64,000 nucleotides of DNA, taken from NCBI RefSeq assembly GCF_964213995.1, contig NC_135816.1:60574001-60638000 (forward strand). The letters run 5' to 3'. The position numbers and the translations under genes were made by a program. This DNA is from Mustelus asterias. Lineage: Eukaryota. The notes under the pieces were generated by a model. That model had not been told where the DNA came from. It saw only the letters and a list, made by a program, of their open reading frames with translations, and did no database searches. Below are positions 1 through 11,617 of this stretch, piece after piece; position 1 is the first letter of the stretch, and the number at the start of each line of letters is the position of its first letter.

Positions 1-349
1 AGCAACACTCACATCCCATCAACAAATGAATTTTTAAAGAAATCCCTAGCATAGCACATTTCTTTTGTTTGAAGTGACATTGGTGTGGGAGCTGCCTATA
101 AAGAAATTAAACTGGGTTTCCTTTTAACAAGCAATAGTGCTTGAAATGAATAGTTACACAACTGTGCTTCTTGGAGCTTGCTGTTAATATACTGGACATC
201 TATCTTCAAATTGCTATAATTTAAGTCTGAGTTTAAGCAGACTATTAAACTTCTATGTAAATTTAAAAGTGCCAAGAGGCAACAGAAAGTTTCTCACACA
301 TAAACAAATGTGAATAAGTCTTTAATTATAAAAAAAAATCAAAGTTAAT

Positions 350-603
350 AGGAATGTGAGAATGTTACTAAACAGCAAGTGTGGAGTATTACAATGAGCC
401 AGAATGCATTTGTGTCTGACATCCTATTGATTCTCCAGTGGAAGTAAATTACTGAAAATATACTTTGCAACTCCTTAAGAACTGTAGGAATTGTGGAGAA
501 AGTGGAGTAGCTCTCAAATCTTTGACCTATCAATGTCTCCTTCAAGAGGGCAAAGTTGCCCACACATCCTGATTATGTGTAGCTGATTGTTCTACATTTG
601 CCT
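350..603 (-). pseudogene. Decayed exon of an unidentified multi-exon gene (3'-most exon seen)
   Basis: Acceptor ...tttacaattctag at 605-604. Reads (R)GKCRTISYT*SGCVGNFALLKETLIGQRFESYSTFSTIPTVLKELQSIF. Phase matches the GTAAGT donor at 695-690 (92-bp intron). Confidence 0.55.
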
Positions 604-695
604 CTAGAATTGTAAAGATGTAGACTTGAGCAAGTCTCTGATTTTGTGACTGAGCAGTATGGAGTATGAACTATTCAGTTTGCAATCAAACTTAC

Positions 696-1712
696 CGGGA
701 TCAAAGTTCTTCAGGAAATTCCGCCAGTTTCCTGCCAAATGCTAGCGGTTAGTCCAGGACTGAAAGTTATCTTGCATTGCAACGGGATCTTGATTGGGTC
801 AGTGGGCTGATGAATGGCAGATGGAGTTTAATTTAGATAAATGCGAGGTGATGCATTTTGGTAGATTGAACCAGGGCAGGACTTACTCAGTTAATGGTAG
901 GGCATTGGGAAGAGTTACAGAACAAAGAGATCTAGGGGTACAGGTTCATAGCTCCTCGAAAGTGGAGTCACAGGTGGACAGGGTGGTGAAGAAGGCATTC
1001 GGCATGCTTGGTTTCATTGGTCAGAACATTGAACAGAGGAATTGGGATGTCTTGTTGAAGTTGTACAAGACATTGGTAAGGCCACACTTGGAACACTGTG
1101 TACAGTTCTGGTCACCCTATTATAGAAAGGATATTATTAAACTAGAAAGAGTGCAGAAGGGGTTTACTAGGATGCTACCGGGACTTGATGGTTTGAGTTA
1201 TAAGGAGAGGCTGGATAGACTGGGACTTTTTTCTCTGGACTGTAGAAGGCTGAGGGGTGATCTTATAGAGGTCTATAAAATAATGAGGGGCATAGATCAG
1301 CTAGATAGTCAATATCTTTTCCCAAAGGTAGGGGAGTCTAAAACTAGAGGGCATAGATTTAAGGTGAGAGGGGAGAGATATAAAAGTGTCCAGAGGGGCA
1401 ATTTTTTCACACAGAGGGTGGTGAGTGTCTGGAACAAGCTGCCAGAGGTAGTAGTAGAGGTGGGTAAATTTTGTCTTTTAAAAAGCATTCAGTTACATGG
1501 ATAAGATGGGTATAGAGGGATATGGGCCAAATGCGGGCAATTGGGATTAGCTTAGGGGTTTAAAAAAAAGTGTGGCATGGATAAGTTGGGCTGAAGGGCC
1601 TGTTTCCATGCTGTAACCCTCGATGACTCTATGACTCCTCCATTTCGCAAAGTTCCCCACTTTTCCTTTGTTCATTGACCGATATTGAGTCCCGTTCTGG
1701 CAGCAGCTCGAT
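696..1712 (-). pseudogene. Decayed exon split by a CR1 insertion (pieces ~1712-1637 and ~762-696)
   Basis: IELLPERDSISVNEQRKSGELCEME [CR1] VLD*PLAFGRKLAEFPEEL*SR, then the GTAAGT donor. The acceptor is degenerate. Confidence 0.45.
763..1636 (+). mobile_element. 5'-truncated CR1 LINE (ORF2 C-terminus and 3'UTR)
   Basis: ORF 794-1504 carries CR1 RT C-terminal motifs (WQMEFNLDKC, LVRPHLEHCVQFWSP, RRLRGDLIEVYK). Tail is (GACTCTAT)n. Confidence 0.93.
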
Positions 1713-2085
1713 TTAAAAATGATCATTGTCAATCTCTGACCTTGACTCTCTTTCCTCCAGCCCTACAACATTCCAGCATGTCTGTGATTCTCCAATTCTG
1801 GCCTCTTGCACATCCTTCGCTCCTCCTTCACCTCTCCTCTTGAATGCTTTCCTCAAAGTCGACCTCTTTGACAAATATTTTTGGTCACCTGTCCTAATAT
1901 CTCCTTACATGGCTTGGTGACACACTTTGTTTGATAATGTGTCTTTTAAGCAACTTGGGATATATTTACTCTAATAAAATTATTTTATAAATGCAAATTG
2001 CTATTGTAAGAGAAAGGGACTGAAACCATTCCCCATCTCCTACAAATAAAGTTATGCTGGAGTGGTGAATCCAAGGTTAAGGATA

Positions 2086-2392
2086 TCATAGAATCCCTAC
2101 AGTGCAGAAGGAGGCCATTCGGCCCATCGAGCCTGCACCAACAATAATCCCAGCCAGACCATATCCCTGTGTTTACCCTGTTATTCTCCCTGACACTAGG
2201 GGGCAATTTAGCATGGCCAATCCACCTAACCTGCACATCTTTGGACCATGGGAGGAAACTGGAGCACCCGGAGGAAACCCACACAGATATGGGGAGAATG
2301 TGCAAACTCCACCCAGGCAGTTAACCAAGGCCGGGATTGAACCCGAGTCCCTAGAGCTGTGAGGCAGCTGTGCTAACCACTGTGCCACCGTA
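2086..2392 (-). mobile_element. HE1-like tRNA-derived SINE
   Basis: Minus-strand head GGTGGCACAGTGGTTAGCAC, B box GGTTCAATCCC, CR1-like tail ending TTCTATGAT. Confidence 0.88.
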
Positions 2393-2511
2393 CTGCAAAT
2401 GTGGTAAACATCTTTTGAAAACATTTACAAAAAAAACCTACCCAAAGAATATCTACTCACTGCAGCTAGACCATAAATTGTGTGTGCAAATAAATAAGGG
2501 CAAAAACTCAC

Positions 2512-3170
2512 CTATCATTAGTAAAAGTGACAGAATCTAGGGCAAGATTGCAGCTCAGTGCTTCAATACCGGCAGCCTTCCGAACCCGAATCGGAGGTTC
2601 AGAGTTGGTGCTCTTTCAGCGTGCACGTGCTGGGACTTCTGTGTTGTCCCGACGTGCATATGTGGAACACAATTGGTTAAAGTCAGCATTCGACCCAGAA
2701 GTTCAGGACTATATATCTTCGCCAGGAGGCCAGGAAGAGATCGTACCCTGACCTTCATTATTGTCTTCTGCGATTGGCCATAGATTGAGGTACTAGTGAC
2801 AGGAACCTGCAGTGACTCATCTCTTCCATTTAGCTTCTGTTCAGGGTCTTGACCTGATGGCAATGCTCGGATCAAGAAACTGCAGGCACACACCACACGC
2901 TGCATTTCTGTGGCAGCGCACACTGAGTTCTAATATGTTGGATTACAATGTCGTCCCAGTTAGCAGATTTCTACATATTTTCTCCGACTGTGCACTGCAG
3001 CTCCAAGAAGCTTCAGGGGGAAGATCACTGATGTTTGCTGTCTATAGTGGAATCATAAAACTGGAGTTGAAGATACTGATTTGGCAATTAGTGGAAAAGG
3101 ATGTTTTCCAGATGCAGGATAATGTTATATTAATTTGTAGTTTCGATGGCGAGGGTGGGGGTTTCAGTTT
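2512..3170 (-). pseudogene. Large decayed exon of the unidentified gene
   Basis: One frame holds ...HYPASGKHPFPLIAKSVSSTPVL*FHYRQQTSVIFPLKLLGAAVHSRRKYVEIC*LGRHCNPTY*NSVCAATEMQRVVCACSFLIRAL...LLAKIYSPELLG with sparse stops. After a frameshift it reads ...ALSCNLALDSVTFTND and ends at a GTGAGT donor (2511-2506). The 5' boundary is uncertain. Confidence 0.55.
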
Positions 3171-3679
3171 TGGTTAAAAGACAAAATATAAACGCCTTTC
3201 TGAACAATTAGCCTATAACTTGTTTTTAAGGCTTTAATTTAACTAACACCCTCATGACATAGTACATTAGTTGACTAATCAGGTGGGATATGACTTCTTC
3301 CAAATGATACCTGCCAGAATCAGGATCTTCTGTTGGAGTACAAAGGTTGGGATGAAATCTTCAAGCAGCCGGTACATAGTGGCAAAGGGGAAGGTGGAAT
3401 AACAGGTCACTTAGCCACCCTCAGGGAATAGTGTACGGTGTGCGTGCCTAGCTGGGGAAACGCCTGATGAGGTGGAACAACTGACTTTGATTCAAATCTA
3501 AATGCACGACAATAACACTCACTTAAAAGATGTGATTCAGGCAACGAGGCTTCCCAAGGCTAGACTCTGAAATAGGATGAGTGAGGTGAGATGAATGAAA
3601 CCACAGGCAGAGGTGTACATTTTGAAGACAATATTAAATTAATTATCTAGCGGGGATGATAAGGCATTTGAGGCATAAA

Positions 3680-4620
3680 ATTCATTCGCCCCCGATTTAC
3701 AGGCGGCGAGCTCTGTGATTCGTGGTGTGCCTACACCTGCTCAGGTCGAGATGTGCAAATCACAAAGTTTGTCTGCCCACTTTATCCACAGCTCTCAGCA
3801 CCTCCAGCACTGGTCACCTCCTTGCAATGCTGCTGGTGAGCTGTACACGCTGCAGGCAGCTCTGGCACGTTGCTGCAGACCGCATGACACAGCCAGTCTA
3901 CTTTCCTGATATTCTGCAAAGCACAAATTGCTGCAGTGGATATTCTTGCAAACTGAACAACAGGGCACACAGAGGAACTCTGAGTACCAGGTACAGCAGT
4001 GGTGGCATTAAGAGATGGCACTGTCTTGCAAAGGGCCAGGAGACCCTCTCTGACCACCCTCAGAAAGGGAACAGGGTCAGAAGGACCTGGCAGCAGTTAT
4101 ATAAGATTTCTAATGACTTCACACAGTTTGTCAATGTCGGCAAATGTATTTCTATATATCTCCTGCCCAACGCATCACCGACGTCTCCTAGTGTTCAATG
4201 CCTATCACTCACCCAGTAGCACTTAGGACTCAGACCTAACATCCAGATGCTCCAACTTACCCTCCCACACCGAACGGTATTGCCAGCCTCACACCCACTT
4301 CTCGCTGCATCCACATACATCCAGCTGATCAGCTGTGGCAGGCATTTCACCCAAACACAGCGCAATGCACACTGACACTCTGCCCTCTCTCTCTTGTAGG
4401 ATAAGGTGACAGACAATAGAAGGGAACATAGCAGGGATGCTGGGGGACAAAGATGCCTGCAGCCCTACCATAGAGGTGGCTCTCAGATGGGCTCTCATGA
4501 GTTAATTGCGGCAGGGCCCATAATGTTTAATGTCTCTGAGAATATTAAGGATGATGGCAAATCCAAGCACACTTCATTCCTGCTATCTGGCATGATGGGC
4601 ATGGTGTAAATGGTGTGATC
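3680..4620 (+). mobile_element. Degenerate PIF/Harbinger-type remnant (Myb/SANT-like ORF relic)
   Basis: Relic RTWQQLYKISNDFTQFVN near 4080-4135 resembles Harbinger Myb/SANT proteins. A similar relic lies at ~32800-32960. Confidence 0.4.
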
Positions 4621-4800
4621 GTTCTTCCATCTGATCAGGGAATATTAACATTTAAAAATCAATCATGATGCATTGTTTTAACCAATGGAACTATGCCACA
4701 AGATTTCATTCTTTTAACAAAACAAATTATATTGTATAATAAAATAATATAATCACCATTAACTGAACAATATGGTTTATAACTATTACTTAGGCATATA

Positions 4801-5747
4801 GGGCCCAATTTTACCATCGCGTTGTGCTTGTTTTCGGGCGTGAAAACTTGGTAAAGTCAGCTGTGAGGCGAGTAGTGCGATCTGTGTCCGCCTCCGTGCC
4901 GGTTCCCCTTTTACCAAAGTCTGAAAATGGCCGTGATTGGGACCGCGCTCTAAATGGGTGCGACGGCCATTTGAATGCATTTGCATGCATTTAAATTGAC
5001 TTAATGGGCTGCACGCCCAACTTTACCGGCACTTCCCCCTTTGCCACAGTGTTCGCCCATCCAGAATCAGCGCCAAACAGACATGCTCCATTTAAGCCCA
5101 ATTTGGGCGCTCCAGTGAGTGAGGAGGTGGGTGCCTAGCAACCAACAGCTCTCTGCTTGAGATTGGTGGGGGAGGAAAAAGGGGGGTCCACTGCCACTCT
5201 GCCTGAGATCAGTGGAGGGGAAGGGAGGTCCGCTGCTACTCTGCCTGTGATCAGTGGAGGGGAAGGGGGGTCTGCTGCCACTCTGCCTGAGATCAGTTGA
5301 GGGGAAGGGAGCTTGCTGCTACTCTGCCTGAGATCAGTGGAGGGGAAGGAAAGTCGCTGCCACTCTGCCTGAGATTGGTGGGGGTGGGAAAAGGGGGTGA
5401 GGGGGCCCACTATCGGTCTGGGTGGCATGGGTGTGGGGGGATAAGGGGGCAGTATTGTTGTGCAGGTGGGGCAATGACTGTGGGGGCCAGGGGGAGGCAT
5501 TATCCAGCCGAGGAGTGATGTGGCAGGGGAGCAACATTCTACCATTGTTTTCTGAGCATGCGCAGTTGGTGACGCCGATCAGAGCTACAGGGTTTCGAGT
5601 GCGTTAAGTCCCACCCACAGGCTTGTGCAGCGCAATTCGGAATCACTGATAACTTTTCAGGCAGAGTGTGTATGGGGGCACCTCAGAATGGGTCTAAAAG
5701 TTTCAAGTCCGCCCAGCACTTAGAATCAAAATAGTAAAATAGGGCCC
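4801..5747. mobile_element. Non-autonomous Harbinger-like DNA transposon
   Basis: 16-bp imperfect TIR GGGCCCAATTTTACCA / TAGTAAAATAGGGCCC. 3-bp TSD ATA (4798-4800, 5748-5750). Confidence 0.75.
5148..5390. repeat. ~39-bp minisatellite, ~6 copies, inside the Harbinger-like element
   Basis: Recurring unit GCCACTCTGCCTGAGATCAGTGGAGGGGAAGGG... Confidence 0.85.
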
Positions 5748-6085
5748 ATAGAACCCCTACAGTACAGAAGAAGGCCATTCGGCCCATCAAGTCTATGCCG
5801 ACTCTTCGACAGAGGATCCCATGCAGACCTATCCCCATAACCACATGTATTTACCCCACTAATCCCCCTAACCTACACATCTTGGGACAGCCAAGGGACA
5901 ATTTAACATGGCCAAAGCACTTAACTTGCACATCTTTGGATTGTGGAAGGAAACTGGAGCATCCAGAGGAAACCCACACAGACACGGGGAGAATGTGCAA
6001 ACTCCACACAGTCACCCAAGGCTGGAATCGAACCCGGTCGTTGGCGCTGTGAGGCAGCAGTGCTAACTACTGTACCACAGTGCTA
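5748..6085 (-). mobile_element. HE1-like SINE
   Basis: Same head, B box and CR1-like tail as 2086-2392. Confidence 0.85.
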
Positions 6086-7681
6086 CCTTTATATGTGCTA
6101 TGCGATCAGGATTACTTCCTACTTTCCCCAAGAATTCTCCTATAAGGCATTTCAATCTTAGAATTATGTACCTGTGTGGAGAGCACCCATAAATATACAA
6201 CAGTCCTCTGGAGAATTCTCCTCAGCTCCAACTATTCTTAAAGATTTACCCTCTCTTGATTATGGAGACCTCAGTCCTTTGTTCTGGTTACTTTTCCAAT
6301 AATTCCAAGCAAATCTTGTGGTTACTTTCTTTTGCAATAAGGCAATATGAGGCCCTATATAGCTTCTCCCATGAATTTTAAATTAGGCAATTCTGTTTGC
6401 AAGATTCAAACTGAAATTAAGCCTCACTGCCTTCCACACAGTCAGTATTTAACTCCGCTTACTGTACAAGTCTATTTAACTGTCCTTTATTTAGCTAACT
6501 TTGCTCAGTGAGCTGCAACCACACTAGGTCCAAACTGCAAAGAAGAACCTCTCCCAGCAAACAGCCAGGTAAATTGAAACCAGACAACCTTACTCAGCTA
6601 CACCTATTTCCATGACATAGTCTGCTTTGGCCTATCATCAAACCAACCTTTAAGTTAATTATCCCTCATTTACAATTTATTTTTTGATCTGATTAAGTAA
6701 ATAGATTTCAGGATTCGCTAAACGCTTTTAAACTAATTCAGCTTTAGTTCCAAAAAAACAAAAGCGTCTCTCTGGACTGCATTCATTTACAAGCACTGTA
6801 GACATCAATTCCCGAGCTAAGTAAGACCTCCTGCTGTTTTATAATCTTACCTTTCTTGCTGCTAATCTCTTAAGCAACATGTTCCCAACCTTTCAAGTGT
6901 AAAAAAAACTCCAAGCTGCCTTAATTGCATTTATCCCATTTTCTACAGTTAAACTTTAATTTCTAAGGCTAAATATTATATACTAAAACCCATGAACTTC
7001 CCCCCTCACCCCACTTTCTGCATGCCAGTCGTCCCTTGTCCCCTTCTAGGTTCCTGCTTTCAGATACCCAAGAATTTTTGTCTGTACAGCCATAGCAGCC
7101 CAAGGAGGAAGCAATGGAGCTATGATAAAGATAAAGAGACCTCATCACTGGATGTGACACCAGTTCAGATATAGGCACCGCACTTGTCATGGCTGCAAAT
7201 TTAGAGTTAGTATCAGAACACAGTAAATCACCAAGCATGAGCAAGCTGCAACCAGGCCAGGCATCACGAATGATTTATTTCCCAGCTTATTTCCAGGTGA
7301 GGTGACAGATAGGTACTGATGCAGAGGACACAGACGAAGACCTTGATGGGCGCAGGAGGTTGAAGGGCATGCAAAATTCCGGATGCCTTGCCTAGCCTAC
7401 CAGGCCTCCTTCTATCACTGTAAAGGAGGATGGAGGAGTCCGGCTCCAAGTTGGCAATGGGCGCTACAGAGAGATTTTACTTTTTGAAGCCTCAGCTCCA
7501 TCTCTCTGTCATCTTGTAGACACAAAGAGGCAATCACCACAGACTCCATTTCCTATTGCAACTCCTCCGCCATCCTTTGAGGATGTAGAACATAGAACAT
7601 AGAACATTACAGCGCAGAACAGGCCCTTCGGCCCACGATGTTGCACCGACCAGTTAAAAAAAAAAACTGTGACCCTCCAAC

Positions 7682-10501
7682 CTAAACCAATTTCTTTTCG
7701 TCCATGAACCTATCTACGGATCTCTTAAACGCCCCCAAACTAGGCGCATTTACAACTGATGCTGGCAGGGCATTCCAATCCCTCACCACCCTCTGGGTAA
7801 AGAACCTACCCCTGACATCGGTTCTATAACTACCCCCCCTCAATTTAAAGCCATGCCCCCTCGTGCTGGATTTCTCCATCAGAGGAAAAAGGCTATCACT
7901 ATCCACCCTATCTAAACCTCTAATCATCTTATATGTTTCAATAAGATCCCCTCTTAGCCGCCGCCTTTCCAGCGAAAACAATCCCAAATCCCTCAGCCTC
8001 TCCTCATAGGATTTCCCCTCCATACCAGGCAACATCCTGGTAAACCTCCTCTGCACCCTCTCCAAAGCCTCCACATCCTTCCTGTAATGTGGGGACCAGA
8101 ACTGCACACAGTACTCCAAGTGCGGCCGCACCAGAGTTGTGTACAGTTGCAACATAACGCTACGACTCCTAAATTCAATCCCCCTACCAATAAACGCCAA
8201 GACACCATATGCCTTCTTAACAACCTTATCTACTTGATTCCCAACTTTCAGGGATCTATGCACACATACACCTAGATCCCTCTGCTCCTCCACACTATTC
8301 AAAGTCCTCCCGTTAGCCCTATACTCAACACATCTGTTATTCCTACCAAAGTGAATTACCTCACACTTCTCCGCATTAAACTCCATCCGCCACCTCTCGG
8401 CCCAACTTTGCAACCTGTCTAAGTCTTCCTGCAAACTACGACACCCTTCCTCACTGTCTACCACACCACCGACTTTGGTGTCATCAGCAAATTTGCTAAT
8501 CCACCCAACTATACCCTCATCCAGATCATTAATAAATATTACAAACAGCAGTGGCCCCAAAACAGATCCCTGAGGTACACCACTTGTAACCGCACTCCAT
8601 GATGAATATTTACTATCAACCACCACCCTCTGTTTCCTATCCGCTAGCCAATTCCTGATCCAATTTCCTAGATCACCCCCAATCCCATACATCTGCATTT
8701 TCTGTAGAAGCCTACCATGGTGAACCTTATCAAACGCCTTACTAAAATCCATATATACCATGTCCACTGCCTTGCCCCCATCCACCTCCTTGGTCACTTT
8801 CTCAAAAAACTCAATAAGGTTAGTAAGGCACGACCTACCTGCCACAAAACCATGCTGACTATCACCTATCAATTCATTACTCTCCAAATAACTATAAATC
8901 CTATCCCTTATAATTTTTTCCAACATCTTGCCGACAACAGAAGTGAGACTCACCGGTCTATAATTCCCGGGGAAGTCTCTGTTCCCCTTCTTAAACAATG
9001 GGACAACATTCGCTAACCTCCAATCTTCTGGTACTATACCAGAGGCCAACGACGACCTGAAGATCAGAGCCAGAGGCTCTGCAATCACTTCTCTTGCCTC
9101 CCAGAGAATCCTTGGATAAATCCCATCCGGACCAGGGGATTTATCTATTTTCAGACCCTCCAGAATATCCTGCACATCCTCCTTATCAACTGTAATACTG
9201 TCTATTCTACTCCCCTGCAACCCAGTGTCCTCCTCAGCTATATTCATGTCCCCTTGCGTGAACACCGAAGAGAAATATTGGTTCAATGCTTCACCAATCT
9301 CCTCCGGTTCCACACATAACTTCCCTCTGCCATCTATAACTGGCCCTAAACTTGCCCTAACCAACCTTCTGTTCTTGACATACCTATAGAACGCCTTAGG
9401 ATTCTCTTTAACCCTATCCGCCAAAGTCTTCTCATGTCCCCTTTTAGCCCTTCTAAGCTCGCTCTTCAACTCCCTCTTAGCCAATCTAAAGCTTTCTAGT
9501 GCACTACCCGAGTGCTCATGTCTCATCCGAACATAAGCCTCCTTTTTCTTTTTAACCAACAAAGAAACTTTTTTGGTGCACCACGGTTCCCTAGCCCTAC
9601 CAATTCCTCCTTGCCTGACAGGGACATACCTATCACAGACTCGCAGTAGCTGCTCCTTGAAAAAACTCCACATGTCGGACGTTCCCAGTCCCTGTAATCT
9701 CCTAGTCCAACCTATGTTTCCTAATTCTCTCCTAATAGCCTCATAATTACCCTTCCCCCAGCTAAAACCACTGGCCCGAGGTTCATGCCTATCCCTTTCC
9801 ATCACTAAGGTGAACGTAACCGAATTGTGGTCACTATCACCAAAATGCACACCAACTTCCAAGTCTAGCACCTGGTCTGGCTCATTTCCCAGCACCAGAT
9901 CCAATATAGCCTCACCTCTAGTTGGCCTGTCTACATACTGAGTCAAAAAACCTTCCTGCACGCTTTGAACAAAAACTGACCCCTCTAACGAGCTAGAGCT
10001 ATAACAATTCCAGTCAATATTAGTCAAGTTAAAATCCCCCATAACAATTGCCCTATTACTTTCACTCCTAAGCAGGATTGACTCCGCAATCCTTTCCTCA
10101 ACCTCTCTAGAACTTTTAGGAGGTCTATAAAAGACTCCCAACAGGGTGACCTCTCCTCTCCTATTTCTAATCTCCGCCCATACTACCTCAACAGATAAGT
10201 CCTCATCAAACCTCCTCTCTGACACTGTGATACAATCTCTGACCAATAATGCTACCCCTCCCCCTCTTCTACCTCCTTCCCTACTTCGACTAAAACATTT
10301 GAACCCCGGGACCTGCAGCATCCATTCCTGCCCCTGCTCTATCCATGTCTCTGAAATAGCCACAACATCGAAGTCCCAGGTACTGATCCACGCTGCAAGT
10401 TCACCCACTTTATTGCGAATACTCCTGGCATTGAAGTATACACATTTCAAACCCTGCTCCACCCCACCTCTGCAATGCCGTGCATTGCAGTCCCCATCCA
10501 T
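7682..10501 (-). CDS. CR1 ORF2p: APE endonuclease plus reverse transcriptase
   Basis: 939 aa. APE motifs YFNARS, ISETW, GDFN, LDLVL, SDHN. RT motifs NYRPVSL, DFSKAFD, GVPQGSVLGP, FADD. No stops. Confidence 0.96.
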   Translation of the reverse strand: MDGDCNARHCRGGVEQGLKCVYFNARSIRNKVGELAAWISTWDFDVVAISETWIEQGQEWMLQVPGFKCFSRSREGGRRGGGVALLVRDCITVSERRFDEDLSVEVVWAEIRNRRGEVTLLGVFYRPPKSSREVEERIAESILLRSESNRAIVMGDFNLTNIDWNCYSSSSLEGSVFVQSVQEGFLTQYVDRPTRGEAILDLVLGNEPDQVLDLEVGVHFGDSDHNSVTFTLVMERDRHEPRASGFSWGKGNYEAIRRELGNIGWTRRLQGLGTSDMWSFFKEQLLRVCDRYVPVRQGGIGRAREPWCTKKVSLLVKKKKEAYVRMRHEHSGSALESFRLAKRELKSELRRAKRGHEKTLADRVKENPKAFYRYVKNRRLVRASLGPVIDGRGKLCVEPEEIGEALNQYFSSVFTQGDMNIAEEDTGLQGSRIDSITVDKEDVQDILEGLKIDKSPGPDGIYPRILWEAREVIAEPLALIFRSSLASGIVPEDWRLANVVPLFKKGNRDFPGNYRPVSLTSVVGKMLEKIIRDRIYSYLESNELIGDSQHGFVAGRSCLTNLIEFFEKVTKEVDGGKAVDMVYMDFSKAFDKVHHGRLLQKMQMYGIGGDLGNWIRNWLADRKQRVVVDSKYSSWSAVTSGVPQGSVLGPLLFVIFINDLDEGIVGWISKFADDTKVGGVVDSEEGCRSLQEDLDRLQSWAERWRMEFNAEKCEVIHFGRNNRCVEYRANGRTLNSVEEQRDLGVCVHRSLKVGNQVDKVVKKAYGVLAFIGRGIEFRSRSVMLQLYTTLVRPHLEYCVQFWSPHYRKDVEALERVQRRFTRMLPGMEGKSYEERLRDLGLFSLERRRLRGDLIETYKMIRGLDRVDSDSLFPLMEKSSTRGHGFKLRGGSYRTDVRGRFFTQRVVRDWNALPASVVNAPSLGAFKRSVDRFMDEKKLV

Positions 10502-10551
10502 GCATCCCTCACTTTCAGCCCCACTACTCAGGATCCCTCCCCCCCCCCGAA

Positions 10552-11490
10552 TCAGTTTAAACCTCCCTGCATGGCCTTAGCAAATTTACCCCCCAGGATA
10601 TTGGTCCCCTTCTGATTAAGGTGTAGACCATCCTTCTCATAGAGGTCACACCTTCCCCAGTACGAGCCCCAATTGCTTAAGTACCTGAACCCCTCCCTCC
10701 TGCACCATCCCCTCAGCCATGAATTCAAACCTTCCCTCTCCCTATTCCTCTCTAAACTATCCCGTGGTACAGGCAAGAGTCCAGAGATAACCACTCTGTC
10801 AGTCTTGGCCTTTAGTTTCCACCCCAACTCCATAAATCCCTGCCTAATATCCCCTTCCCCTATCCTCCCTATGTCGTGTGTCCCCACATGTACAATAACT
10901 TGTGGTTTATCTCCCTCCCCCCTAAGAGTCCTGAATACCCTGTCAGACACATCCCGGACCCCAGCCCCTGGTAGGCAACACACCAACCCTGAGTCCCTAC
11001 CTTTAGTTCCGACCCTCCTATCTGTCCCCTTAATTGTGGAGTCCCCAATCACAAGGCCCAGTCTTTTACAGCCCCTAACCACCTGAGCTTTCTCACTCGG
11101 CTCACCCCCAGAGATCTGCTCTCTATGCTCAGTTGATTCCTCCTCAACTGTAGCCTCCAGCACCGAAAACCTATTATGGAGGGGAACCGCCCCAGGGGAT
11201 TGTCTTCCCGATTGCTTCTTACCCCTCCTCCTGGCATTGACCCAAGCCTCATTTCTAGGAGTTACTATTTCTCTATAACTCCTATCAACTTCCACCTCCG
11301 CCTCCCGAATTATGCGGAGTTCCTCTAACTCCCCCTCCATCTCCTTTACACGCTCCTCCAGAAGCTGCAATCTAATGCACTTCTTACAACTAAAATCTCC
11401 TGAAACACTACTGGATTTCCTCACCACATACATCCCACAGGAGATGCAGCATACTGCCTGAACTGCCATCCCTGAAGCCATTACCAGCAA
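10552..11490 (-). CDS. CR1 ORF1p: Zn finger, coiled coil and SGNH esterase (start likely ATG at 11481 or 11469)
   Basis: CISCGMY...CKKC Zn finger, then a leucine-zipper-like LLEERVKEMEGELEEL, then SGNH blocks GDS, G, GTHD and DGLH. Confidence 0.93.
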   Translation of the reverse strand: MLVMASGMAVQAVCCISCGMYVVRKSSSVSGDFSCKKCIRLQLLEERVKEMEGELEELRIIREAEVEVDRSYREIVTPRNEAWVNARRRGKKQSGRQSPGAVPLHNRFSVLEATVEEESTEHREQISGGEPSEKAQVVRGCKRLGLVIGDSTIKGTDRRVGTKGRDSGLVCCLPGAGVRDVSDRVFRTLRGEGDKPQVIVHVGTHDIGRIGEGDIRQGFMELGWKLKAKTDRVVISGLLPVPRDSLERNREREGLNSWLRGWCRREGFRYLSNWGSYWGRCDLYEKDGLHLNQKGTNILGGKFAKAMQGGLN

Positions 11491-11617
11491 GAAAAAAAGA
11501 AAACAAAAAACTTCCCCACACTTATAATTAGGTTAGAGGAGGATGGAAGGGTGGGATCCTCTACCAGTGTAGAGGATCGGGTATCTCCTCTGCACCAATT
11601 TATAGGGCTAGGGGCCC

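Noticed and set aside
2300-2392. tRNA gene-like A/B boxes (several copies in the window)
   Set aside because: They are SINE heads attached to SINE bodies and LINE-like tails, and do not form a cloverleaf.
3455-3480. GAAAC...CTGATGAG hammerhead-like core
   Set aside because: No stems I-III can be formed in any hammerhead topology.
5148-5390. Regularly spaced repeats resembling a CRISPR array (also 11618-12236 and 51225-51500)
   Set aside because: These are head-to-tail tandem units with no unique spacers and no cas genes, in a vertebrate context.
7993-11252. Short ORFs overlapping or antisense to the CR1 ORFs, and SINE-derived ORFs elsewhere
   Set aside because: Shadow frames of TE sequence with no independent motifs.
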